From: Pedosphaera sp.
Lineage (GTDB): Bacteria; Verrucomicrobiota; Verrucomicrobiia; Limisphaerales; UBA1100
DNA: 63,369 bases
Assembly: GCA_009695465.1 (NCBI GenBank)
Contig: SIAW01000003.1
Coordinates: 1-63,369, forward strand
Direction of reading: 5' to 3'
The position numbers were made by a program, and so were the translations under genes. This document shows positions 11,950 to 21,994 of this stretch, in pieces. The first letter of the stretch is position 1. Each line of letters begins with the position of its first letter. Below the pieces are notes generated by a model. That model was not told the DNA's origin. It did not search any database and was given only the letters and a program-made list of their open reading frames with translations.

Positions 11950-12843
11950 TTACAGCGACGCCACGCTCAATCGCGCGCCCAACGTCGCCGTCGCTCCCGC
12001 AGCCAGTGTCACGCCATTGCGGCCGACATTGCCCACCTCCACGCAAACCATCTGCCGATATTCGTCCGCAGCCATGTCCGCTATCCGCGCGGACTTTTCC
12101 ATCCACGGATTCCAGACCACGGTGGAGCGCGACTGCGACTTGGCCACCACGATGCGACGCGCCCAAGCGCGATCCAGAATTTCCACCGCGCCCTCGGTGT
12201 CCAGATAAACGCGGTCGGTCTCTGCCTCGATGCACAGCGCAGACTCGTGCTGTTGTCGCAACGCGAAGTCGGCGGTCTTGTCCAAAAAGTGGACACCCTG
12301 CAAACCCGCGATCTCCACAGCGGCAATATCGCTCACAGAAAAATAACTGTGCAGGCACGTTTCAAACGCCAGCTCCCGATCTGTCGCCGTGTTCGTCACG
12401 CTGAGTTCAATCTCCAACTCATCGCCCACCCTCACACAGTACTCCGCATGGAACGGAGCCTCATCCGCCGCGGCGTCCAGCACAAATACCGCGCGCACCG
12501 CACCATCGCTCAGCGATTGGGTGCGTGCCAATGTCCACTCGCGCAGGCGGGCAAAACCGTGAGCCCCGCAATCTGCCCGGTCGCCAAACCACGGAAAGAT
12601 GATGGGCACCCCCCCGCGAATGGCCTTGCCGTTGGCGAAGCGACTGGCGCGGCTCAGGAACAGCAGCGGCCGTTCATTCCGCTGCTGGAAGTGCGTGAGG
12701 TGCGCACCTTGCAAATAGATTTCTGCCGTGCTGAGCGCGCTGCTCAACACGATTTTGGGCAAGCCCCCCTGCCCCTCCATCACCTGCACGCGGCCGGAAA
12801 TTTCGTGTGTCTTCAATGCTGCGAGATCCGCTGGCGCTGTCAT
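11950..12843 (-). CDS. D-hexose-6-phosphate mutarotase (YeaD-like aldose 1-epimerase family)
   Basis: 297 aa with GGVPIIFPWFG, HGFAR and VVWNPW motifs typical of glucose-6-phosphate 1-epimerase. Confidence 0.78.
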   Translation of the reverse strand: MTAPADLAALKTHEISGRVQVMEGQGGLPKIVLSSALSTAEIYLQGAHLTHFQQRNERPLLFLSRASRFANGKAIRGGVPIIFPWFGDRADCGAHGFARLREWTLARTQSLSDGAVRAVFVLDAAADEAPFHAEYCVRVGDELEIELSVTNTATDRELAFETCLHSYFSVSDIAAVEIAGLQGVHFLDKTADFALRQQHESALCIEAETDRVYLDTEGAVEILDRAWARRIVVAKSQSRSTVVWNPWMEKSARIADMAADEYRQMVCVEVGNVGRNGVTLAAGATATLGARLSVASL

Positions 12844-12928
12844 CGTGGCACTATGCCGTCGGCCTTCCTCGTACGCACGATTTTCCGCTTTCCATCACCG
12901 GCAAACTTCGCCAGCCTCTGCGCGCATC

Positions 12929-13969
12929 ATGGCAAAAAAGACGGACTATAAGTTTTGTTTCGGCCCGTGGAATATCAGCGAGGGACAGGATCCCTACGGC
13001 CCGACCGTGCGCAAACCGCAGACGTTTGATTGGAAGCTCTCGCAGCTCAAGGCGCATGGGTTTGATGCGATGATGTTCCATGACGACGACGCCGTGCCGG
13101 ACATTGATAGCAAATCCGCCGCGCAGGTGTTGAAGGAAGCCAAGGCGCTCAAGAAGCGTTTGGACAATCTGGGCATCGCCGCGGAGATGGTGGCACCGCG
13201 CTTGTGGTTCCATCCCTCCACGATTGATGGCGCCTACACGAGCAACGATCCCAAGTGCCGCGCGTACGCCATTGACCGATCCCGGTTGTCCATCGACATC
13301 GCGCATGAACTGGACACCGACATCCTCGTGCTGTGGCTGGCGCGCGAAGGCTCGTACATCCGCGAATCCAAAGACGCGCGGCGCTGCGTGGATCTGCTCG
13401 TGACGGCGTTTGACAAGATGCTCGCGCATGACAAGGGCATCCGGCTGGCCATCGAGCCCAAGCCCAACGAGCCGATGGATCACGCATACATCCCCACCAT
13501 CGGCCACGCGCTGGCGGTGGCTCAACTCACGCGCGATCCCAAGCGCGTTGGTTGCCTCATCGAAAGCGCGCACGCCACGCTGGCCGGACTGGATCCCGCT
13601 GATGAAATTGATTTCGCCTGCGCCTTCGGCAAGTTGTGGTCGCTGCATTTGAATGATCAGAACGGGCTGAAGTACGATCAGGATCGCCCGTTTGGCTGCA
13701 CGAATCTGCGCAGTGCCTTCGATCAGGTTCGCTCACTGGAACGCAACTGCTACGGCCAGCGCGGCGAGTATGTCTGCTTCGATGTCCATCCGTTCCGCAC
13801 GACGAAGGAGGAACATTGGATGGCGCATCTGGTGAACAGTCGCAGCACTTTCCTGCATCTGCTGGAGAAGGCGCGTTCCTTCGATGAGAAGTCTGCGCAA
13901 AAGTTGGTGGCCGATCGCGATTATCAGAACCTCGACCAGATGGTGATTGAACACCTGCTGGGCCGCTGA
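12929..13969 (+). CDS. xylose isomerase-like TIM-barrel sugar isomerase
   Basis: From ATG 12929 the protein reads MAKKTDYKFCFGPWNISEGQDPYGP, like a class-I xylose isomerase N-terminus. LAIEPKPNEP and HLNDQ motifs are present. The upstream part of the track ORF overlaps the opposite-strand gene. Confidence 0.7.
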   Translation: MAKKTDYKFCFGPWNISEGQDPYGPTVRKPQTFDWKLSQLKAHGFDAMMFHDDDAVPDIDSKSAAQVLKEAKALKKRLDNLGIAAEMVAPRLWFHPSTIDGAYTSNDPKCRAYAIDRSRLSIDIAHELDTDILVLWLAREGSYIRESKDARRCVDLLVTAFDKMLAHDKGIRLAIEPKPNEPMDHAYIPTIGHALAVAQLTRDPKRVGCLIESAHATLAGLDPADEIDFACAFGKLWSLHLNDQNGLKYDQDRPFGCTNLRSAFDQVRSLERNCYGQRGEYVCFDVHPFRTTKEEHWMAHLVNSRSTFLHLLEKARSFDEKSAQKLVADRDYQNLDQMVIEHLLGR

Positions 13970-13981
13970 AATCGGGCCGCG

Positions 13982-14608
13982 CTAAACGGGCAGTCCCATC
14001 TCGCGCAACGCGGCAATGCTGTGCGCGGGATCGGCGTGCAGAATCGCCCGCCAGCCGCGCGCTGAACCGGCGGCAATGTTCTCCGGACGATCATCCAAGT
14101 AAGCGATGGCGTCACCCGCGCGGCCGGTGATGCGCTCCACCACCTCGTACAGATGCGCTTCGGGCTTCATCGCGCCGTGCTCGAAGGAATAGATGTGGCC
14201 ATCGAACTGGCTCAGGAACGGGAAGTCCGCGCGGATCTGCTCCATGGCCAGTGCATTGGTGTTGGAGAAAATGAACGTCGGCACTCCCTGCGCGCGCAGT
14301 CGTGCGTGCAGCGCAATCATCGGTGCGATTGGCGAAAAGATGGTGCCGTATAACCGGCCCAGTTCTTCCAGCGACCCCGTGTAGCCAGTGCCTGATTGTA
14401 CCGCCGCAAAAAACTCCGGCGTGGTCATCCGCCCCGCTTCATAGTCGAGCAGCAGTGGCGATTGGTTGATGAACTGATTCAGCGCCTCGGCGGACAATCG
14501 GGACTGCAGCGCAAGAGCGCGCACGAGGATGGCGTAGTCGAAATCAACCAGCACCTTGCCGAGATCAAACACCACCACCTGCGGGACGGTCACGGGCGCT
14601 CCTGTCAT
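13982..14608 (-). CDS. HAD-superfamily hydrolase
   Basis: 208 aa with VVVFDLGKVLVDFDY (motif I-like), FIFSNTN and a C-terminal DD motif. Its ATG overlaps the recR stop (ATGA). Confidence 0.75.
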   Translation of the reverse strand: MTGAPVTVPQVVVFDLGKVLVDFDYAILVRALALQSRLSAEALNQFINQSPLLLDYEAGRMTTPEFFAAVQSGTGYTGSLEELGRLYGTIFSPIAPMIALHARLRAQGVPTFIFSNTNALAMEQIRADFPFLSQFDGHIYSFEHGAMKPEAHLYEVVERITGRAGDAIAYLDDRPENIAAGSARGWRAILHADPAHSIAALREMGLPV

Positions 14609-15210
14609 CCGCGCATTTCCCGCCGACCTTCCAGCGCGTGCGTGAGGGTCAGTTCATCGGCGAACTCCAGCCCGCTGCCCGCCGGCAAACCGTGCGCGAT
14701 GCGCGAGACTTTTACACCCGCTGCGCTCAGTCGCCGCGCGAGATAGATGCAAGTCGCGTCCCCTTCCACATCGGTGGCCAGGGCCAGAATTACTTCCAAC
14801 ACCGTGCGAGCTTGCAGGCGTTTTTCCAGCTCGCCGATGCGCAGATCTTCCGGGCCCACGCCGTTGATGGGAGAAAGTTTGCCACCCAACACATGGAAGC
14901 GCCCGTGGAACGCGCCGGATTTGTTCACGCTGATGACATCCAACGCCGTCTCCACCACGCAGAGCAACGTGGCATCGCGCCGCGTGTCCGTGCACAGCTC
15001 GCACGGCTGACTTTCGGTGAGCGCGCCGCAGGTGTGACAGGGCGCAGTCCTTTCGCGCGCCTCCAGCAAACACTGCGCGAGGTGTTTTACTTGCGGCGCG
15101 TCCGACTGCACCAGATGCAGCGCCAACCGCTCGGCCGAGCGCGGGCCGATGCCCGGCAGCCGGCCCAGCGCCGCCATGAGTTGCGCCACGGGTTCGGGCA
15201 GCGAAGTCAT
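14605..15210 (-). CDS. recR: recombination protein RecR
   Basis: 201 aa with LPGIGPRSAERLALHL (helix-hairpin-helix), a C4 zinc finger (CHTCGALTESQPCELC) and a Toprim region. Confidence 0.95.
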   Translation of the reverse strand: MTSLPEPVAQLMAALGRLPGIGPRSAERLALHLVQSDAPQVKHLAQCLLEARERTAPCHTCGALTESQPCELCTDTRRDATLLCVVETALDVISVNKSGAFHGRFHVLGGKLSPINGVGPEDLRIGELEKRLQARTVLEVILALATDVEGDATCIYLARRLSAAGVKVSRIAHGLPAGSGLEFADELTLTHALEGRREMRG

Positions 15211-15217
15211 GCGCCGA

Positions 15218-15529
15218 TCAACCCAGACCCGGCAGGTTCATGCCCGCAGTGATCTTGGCCATCTCGTTTTTCTGAATCTCCTGCCCTTGCGCGATGGCGC
15301 TGCTGACGGCGGAAAGCAGCATGTCCTCCAGCATCTCCGCGTCCTCCGGATTGAGCACTTTGGGATCAATCTTGATGGACTGCACCGTGCCGTCGCAGCG
15401 CGCGACAACCTTCACCGCGCCGCCGCCGCTGGTGGTCTCGACGGTTCGCGCGGCCAATTGCGCCTGTAATTGCCCGGCCTGTTGCTGGGCGCGCATGGCT
15501 TGCTTCATCAATTTGTTCAGACTACTCAT
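15218..15529 (-). CDS. ybaB: YbaB/EbfC nucleoid-associated protein
   Basis: 103 aa starting MSSLNKLMKQAMRAQQQ...GGGAVKVV, in the conserved position between dnaX and recR. Confidence 0.9.
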   Translation of the reverse strand: MSSLNKLMKQAMRAQQQAGQLQAQLAARTVETTSGGGAVKVVARCDGTVQSIKIDPKVLNPEDAEMLEDMLLSAVSSAIAQGQEIQKNEMAKITAGMNLPGLG

Positions 15530-15538
15530 GGTTCCTTT

Positions 15539-17257
<1,719 letters not shown>

Positions 17258-17344
17258 GGGCGCGGGAAGGTCCGGCGGCGCCGACAGCAGCGCGTCGCGC
17301 GAAGCAACTGCGATCTGCTGTCTGCGGTGTTCATTGTCGGTGAA

Positions 17345-17441
17345 AGAAAAGCCAGGGCTACCACGGCGATACGGGGCATGCTGCCGTTGCTGCCTTCCGG
17401 CTCTGGCGGGGTTCACAAGCCCGCACTCCATGGGCCCTGAC
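17345..17441 (-). ncRNA. ffs: signal recognition particle RNA (small 4.5S type)
   Basis: Minus strand reads CAGGGCCCAUGGAGUGCGGG...CCAGAGCCGGAAGGCAGCAACGG...CCCCGUAUCGCCGUGGUAGCCCUGG. The 5' CAGGGC/CCAUGG/GUGCGGG segments pair with the 3' CCCGUAU/CCGUGG/GCCCUG segments. The apical GCC-GGAA-GGC hairpin is flanked by AGA/AGCA loops, as in SRP domain IV. A U-rich tail follows. The position upstream of dnaX is classic. Confidence 0.78.
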
Positions 17442-17497
17442 AAAATCCGAGCCAAGTGTGCGACCACACCACCGCAGCAGCAAGGAGAAAGCCACGG

Positions 17498-18691
17498 CTA
17501 TTCCGCGCGGAATTTGTGGATGGTGCTGGTGCGATAAATCTCCGAGTCCTTGTAGATGGTGCTCGGAAACTTGGGCTGATTGACCGAGTCCGGATAGTGC
17601 TGGGTCTCCAGACAGATCGCGCTGCGATGCGGATAGATTTTCCCGCCCTTGCCTTTCTGGCTCTTCAGAAAATTGCCGGTGTAAAACTGGATGCCCGGTT
17701 CCCGCGTGTGAATCTCCATCACGCGCCCGCTGGCCGGGTCTTTGAGCGTGGCCGCCAAGCGCATGTCACCCAGCTTGCCGTTGACGACAAAGTTGTGGTC
17801 GTACCCTTTCCACGGCGTGTCATCGGCGGGAATGCGCGCGCCGATGCGGTGCGCCTGCCGGAAATCAATCTCGCTGCCGGCGACGGGCTTGATCTCGCCC
17901 GTGGGGATGAGGGTGTTATCCACCGGCGTGAAATTATCCGCCTCCAACTTGAGCGTGTGATCCAGCACCGTGGCCGCGCCTGCGCCCGCCAGGTTGAAGT
18001 ACGCGTGATTGGTGAGATTGATGGGCGTGCTCTCGCCGGGCGCGGCGTCCATCAACTTCGCTTCATAATCAATGCGCAGCTCGCTTTCCCGCGTGAGCGC
18101 GTAAGTGACGGTGACCTGCAGCTTGCCCGGATAGCCTTCCTCGCCCGCCGCGCTGGTGTAGGTGAAGACCACGCCCTGCTCGATCAATTCCTTGCCGCGC
18201 TTGGTTTCATAGGGTGCACCGCGCCACATCACCTTGCTCAGACTGTTGGTCGTACCGCCATGCAGATGGTTGGGATCATTGTTGATGGCCAGCGAATATT
18301 CCTTGCCGTTGAGCGTGAACTTGCCCTTGGCGATGCGGTTGCACACGCGCCCGGTGGTACAGCCAAAATACTGGTTATCGTCAGATTGGTAGCCGGCCAC
18401 GTTGTCGAATCCCAACACCACATCGGCCGTCTTGCCGGTCTTGTCGGGCACGTGCATCTCCACCAACGTCGCGCCGTAGTCGGTCACCTTGGCCACGAGA
18501 CCCTTTCCATTTTTCAACGTCCACACCGTGGCGGGTTCCCCCGCTTTGGTTTTTCCGAAGGACGCAGCAGGCGGGAGCGAGGCAGCAGGTTTGTTGGAGG
18601 ACATCGGGTTGGGGATGGATTTACAGGCGTTGGCAAAAAGCATCGCACTCAGTGCGAGCGACAATTGCAACAGGGACAGGTTGGTCGGCAT
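17498..18691 (-). CDS. galM: aldose 1-epimerase (galactose mutarotase), exported or lipoprotein
   Basis: From ATG 18691 the protein reads MPTNLSLLQLSLALSAMLFANAC (signal plus Cys). GRVCNRIAKGKFTLNGKEYSL..N...NHLHGG and ICLETQHYPDS motifs are present. Confidence 0.85.
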   Translation of the reverse strand: MPTNLSLLQLSLALSAMLFANACKSIPNPMSSNKPAASLPPAASFGKTKAGEPATVWTLKNGKGLVAKVTDYGATLVEMHVPDKTGKTADVVLGFDNVAGYQSDDNQYFGCTTGRVCNRIAKGKFTLNGKEYSLAINNDPNHLHGGTTNSLSKVMWRGAPYETKRGKELIEQGVVFTYTSAAGEEGYPGKLQVTVTYALTRESELRIDYEAKLMDAAPGESTPINLTNHAYFNLAGAGAATVLDHTLKLEADNFTPVDNTLIPTGEIKPVAGSEIDFRQAHRIGARIPADDTPWKGYDHNFVVNGKLGDMRLAATLKDPASGRVMEIHTREPGIQFYTGNFLKSQKGKGGKIYPHRSAICLETQHYPDSVNQPKFPSTIYKDSEIYRTSTIHKFRAE

Positions 18692-18735
18692 GCGGCAATT
18701 ACAACAACAGCCCGCTGGCCAAGGCAAACGCAATC

Positions 18736-21276
18736 TTACGCGGTCGGATGCAGCACCACCGACACGCAATGGGCCGGCTGAAAAATCTGCTGCGCTGCTC
18801 GCCGCGTGTCCTCGACGGTCACCGCCGCGTATTCCACATCCTCGCGCCACTGATAATCGTGGCCCAGTCCATGCAGTTCATCCACGGCCGCCGCACCGGC
18901 GAGGTGCCCCAAGTCTTGGCGCGCAATCTTGCGCTGGCCCAGCATCTTGTTTTTGGCGCGGTGCAATTCCTCCTCGGTCAACCCCGCCTCGCGCAGGGCC
19001 GCCGCTTCCGCCAACAGTTCCTGCTCCACGCGCGCCGCGTGTTCGGGCGCCGTGCCGGCATAGAGAAAGAAAGTTCCCGGGATCAACCCCGGCTGGTTCT
19101 GCGCGCCCACATAATAGGCCATGCCCAATTGCTCGCGGATGCGCAGGAAGAGGCGCGAACCCAAGTCGCTGCACGCCTCCGAGAGGACATCCAGCGCCAG
19201 TCGTTCCTTGTCAAACAGCGTGCAGCCCGCATAGACGATGAGGACCACGGCTTGTTCTTTGTCGCGCGCCTGATCCACGCGCTGCATGCCTTCGGATAAC
19301 GCAGGCGGCACTGGCCGCGTGAAATCCGCCCCGCGTCGCCACAGGCCGAATGCTTTCTCGATTTCCGCGCGCACTGCATCGGGCCGCACATCACCGTACA
19401 CCGCGAGCACCGCATTGTTCGGCACGACCAGCCGGCGGTGGTACGAGACCACATCGGCGCGGTCGAGCGATTTCACCGACGCTTCTTTGCCCTGCACACT
19501 CAAGCCGTAACCACGCGCACCGAACAACGTCTCGCGCGCCAATCGCGCGGCGCTTTGCAGCAGGCGATCATTCTGCGACTTGATCGCTGCCAGTTGGACT
19601 TGGCGCTGACGTTCCAGCGCGGCATCGGGAAACGAGGGGTGCAGGATGACATCGGAAAAAATATCCAAGCCCAGCGGCAAATCGCCGCTCATCACTTCCA
19701 TCGTCACCCCAAAATTGTCGCCGCCCGCGAAGGAGTTGATGTGGCCGCCGACCGATTCAATCTGCTCAGCGATCTGCTGGCCCGTGCGACGATCGGTGCC
19801 CTTGAGCATCAGCTTGGACATGAACTGGGTGACGCCGCTTTGCGCCTCAGATTCCGCCAGCACGCCGCCCTCCCAAATCGCGCGCAACTGCACGAAGGGC
19901 AACCGATGATCCTCTTTCACCAGCAAGCGCAGGCCATTGGGCAGTTCATATTTCTGCACAGGATGCGTGTCGGCGCGCACGATGACGGCGGCGGCGCGCG
20001 GCGTTTGTCCCTGCGGCAAGAGCGCGTAGAGCGTGCGGTTGTCGTCCGTGAGATAGTTCTGCGCGACACGCAGCAGATCCGCCGGGGTGACGCGCTTGAC
20101 AGACTCCACGTGGCGCTCGGCAAAACCCAGATCGTTCGCGTTGCTCCACGAACCGCCCAGTGTCTGCGCCTGTCCTTGCATCGTCTTGCGCGTGGCCAGC
20201 GTGGCGGCAACAAATTGTTTGACCACCTTTTCCAGCTCCGCAGCGGGCACGGGTTGCGTGCGGATTTGATCCAACTCCGCCAGCAACGCCTCGCGCGCGG
20301 CATCGAACTTGTCGGCGTCCACTACCGCGCTCATGCCGAAGACGCCCATATCGGTGGGCGTGTAAGTCCACGCGTCGGCGGAATTCACCACGCCTTTTTT
20401 CTCGCGGACATTCTGGTACAGGCGCGAGCTGCGCCCCCCGCCGAGTACCGTGGCCAGCACATCCAACGCGGGCATGTCCGGATGCCGCAGTCCCGGCACG
20501 TGCCAACTGTAATGGAGATGGCCCTGCTGGATGGCCGCCTCCTCAATCACTTCGCGCGGGGCGGTCTGCCGCGGTTCGGCCGGCAGCACGATGGGCGGCA
20601 GTGCGCGGGCTTTGCTACCGGCGAACGCTGTCTTGATCTGCTCCACAACAGTCGTGGTGTCCACATCGCCGACGATGACGAGGAAGACATTGTTGGGCAC
20701 GTAACGATGGCGGTAGTAGTGGACGATGTCCTCGCGCTTGAGTTCGTTGAAGATGTCCGGATAACCGATGACCGTGTAGCGGTACGGGCTGGTCGTGTAG
20801 GCCGTCTCGAACAGGCGCCGGCTGGAGCGTTGGCCGGGATCATCGTGGCCCATCGCGATCTCGCGGCGGATCACGTCCAGTTCCTTTGCCAACTCATCGG
20901 CCGGCAACGACGCGTGCTGGAGGATGTCGCACAGGATGTCGATGGCGACGACCGTGCCGTCATTGGGCACATCGATGTAATACACCGTGCGATCGAAGGA
21001 CGTGTAGGCGTTCATGTACCCGCCGGCCTCCTGCACCTCCTGATCAATGCGCCCGGCGCCACGTTTCTCGGTGCCTTTGAAAAGCATGTGCTCGAGAATG
21101 TGGGAGAGGCCCGCGCCCATCCATGCGCCTTCGTGGATGCTGCCGGTGCGGCACCAAGCCTGCGCGGAGACGACCGGCGCGGAGTGATCCTCGCGCACGA
21201 TGATGGTCAAACCATTCTCCAACGTAATCAGCCGAGTGTCGGACTGCCCGTTTGCGGCTGCGGATGCCAATGCCAT
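18736..21276 (-). CDS. M16-family zinc peptidase, two-unit insulinase/PqqL-like
   Basis: 846 aa with the HILEH inverted zinc motif (GLSHILEHMLFKGT) in the first half and a second, non-catalytic M16 half. The start is uncertain (see finding). Confidence 0.85.
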   Translation of the reverse strand: MALASAAANGQSDTRLITLENGLTIIVREDHSAPVVSAQAWCRTGSIHEGAWMGAGLSHILEHMLFKGTEKRGAGRIDQEVQEAGGYMNAYTSFDRTVYYIDVPNDGTVVAIDILCDILQHASLPADELAKELDVIRREIAMGHDDPGQRSSRRLFETAYTTSPYRYTVIGYPDIFNELKREDIVHYYRHRYVPNNVFLVIVGDVDTTTVVEQIKTAFAGSKARALPPIVLPAEPRQTAPREVIEEAAIQQGHLHYSWHVPGLRHPDMPALDVLATVLGGGRSSRLYQNVREKKGVVNSADAWTYTPTDMGVFGMSAVVDADKFDAAREALLAELDQIRTQPVPAAELEKVVKQFVAATLATRKTMQGQAQTLGGSWSNANDLGFAERHVESVKRVTPADLLRVAQNYLTDDNRTLYALLPQGQTPRAAAVIVRADTHPVQKYELPNGLRLLVKEDHRLPFVQLRAIWEGGVLAESEAQSGVTQFMSKLMLKGTDRRTGQQIAEQIESVGGHINSFAGGDNFGVTMEVMSGDLPLGLDIFSDVILHPSFPDAALERQRQVQLAAIKSQNDRLLQSAARLARETLFGARGYGLSVQGKEASVKSLDRADVVSYHRRLVVPNNAVLAVYGDVRPDAVRAEIEKAFGLWRRGADFTRPVPPALSEGMQRVDQARDKEQAVVLIVYAGCTLFDKERLALDVLSEACSDLGSRLFLRIREQLGMAYYVGAQNQPGLIPGTFFLYAGTAPEHAARVEQELLAEAAALREAGLTEEELHRAKNKMLGQRKIARQDLGHLAGAAAVDELHGLGHDYQWREDVEYAAVTVEDTRRAAQQIFQPAHCVSVVLHPTA

Positions 21277-21329
21277 GGACGAGCTTAACGCGGGGCGAAC
21301 AACCAGCGCCAGCGCGGAAATCGGCAGCG

Positions 21330-21812
21330 CTAATTCTTGTCTTCGGACTGCGGCTTGGGAGGGAACTGGATACGCACCGTGGCCCCAGCCGGCTTGGAGG
21401 GACGCACGGGCAGATTGGCCATCGCAGCGGCGGTAAGGAATGGCTTGCGAAAAGCCTCATCAAAATCGTAGCCACCAGCGAAGTCCGCGCGGCTGTCCTC
21501 CTCGGTCTTGGCCAGCAGCCGATGATCCACCATGTTGAAAACCACCTCGCCAAAATCCTCGCACCGGCGCAGTCCCCATTCGTTGAGCACCATCAGCGCC
21601 ATCGGACCAAACTGATCCAGCGCGTAGTCGCGCAGTCCACCCAGCAGTTCCTGCCCTTTGATATGGCGCACCACGCCGCCCTTCTCGCTTTTGGCGATAC
21701 GCTGCTGGGTGTCACCCAGTCCTTCACGAAGAAAATGATATGCGCCCCGCGCAAAACGCGGATCCGCAACGACGATAGTGTACAGCACCTCGTCAAAACT
21801 CGTCTTTTCCAT
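21330..21812 (-). CDS. conserved hypothetical protein (Minf_1886-like, Verrucomicrobia/Planctomycetes-restricted family)
   Basis: From ATG 21812 the protein reads MEKTSFDEVLYTIVVADPRFARGAYHFLREGL...HIKGQELL. The family name is recalled from memory, not searched. Confidence 0.5.
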   Translation of the reverse strand: MEKTSFDEVLYTIVVADPRFARGAYHFLREGLGDTQQRIAKSEKGGVVRHIKGQELLGGLRDYALDQFGPMALMVLNEWGLRRCEDFGEVVFNMVDHRLLAKTEEDSRADFAGGYDFDEAFRKPFLTAAAMANLPVRPSKPAGATVRIQFPPKPQSEDKN

Positions 21813-21814
21813 TC

Positions 21815-21973
21815 TTATTCCTGTGCCCCTGACGACGGATCTTCCAGACCCGTCGCCGCTAGGTCGGTCTTTGGTGTCTGCGACAGACGCCACGATTGAA
21901 CCGCCCACCCCACCGCCAGCAGAAAGACAACGAACGCCAGCACGCGTCTCTCCCGCGCGGTGAGAAAATGCAT
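21815..21973 (-). CDS. candidate 52-aa single-TM small protein (below the track length cutoff)
   Basis: Hand-translated from the ATG at 21973: MHFLTARERRVLAFVVFLLAVGWAVQSWRLSQTPKTDLAATGLEDPSSGAQE. The TAA at 21815-21817 lies 2 nt before the ATG of the next gene. Confidence 0.25.
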   Translation of the reverse strand: MHFLTARERRVLAFVVFLLAVGWAVQSWRLSQTPKTDLAATGLEDPSSGAQE

Positions 21974-21994
21974 GCGGGAACCTAACACCAGCAG

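Noticed and set aside
19438-21288. 616-aa plus-strand ORF antisense to the M16 peptidase. Similar long antisense ORFs occur at 28842-30923, 31083-33386, 51232-53280, 61903-63117, 8205-9425, 10210-11313, 16130-17440 and 17456-18781.
   Set aside because: All lie opposite genes with strong family signatures. They are Arg/Gly/Ala/His-rich with no recognisable motifs. Long stop-free antisense frames are expected at this GC content.
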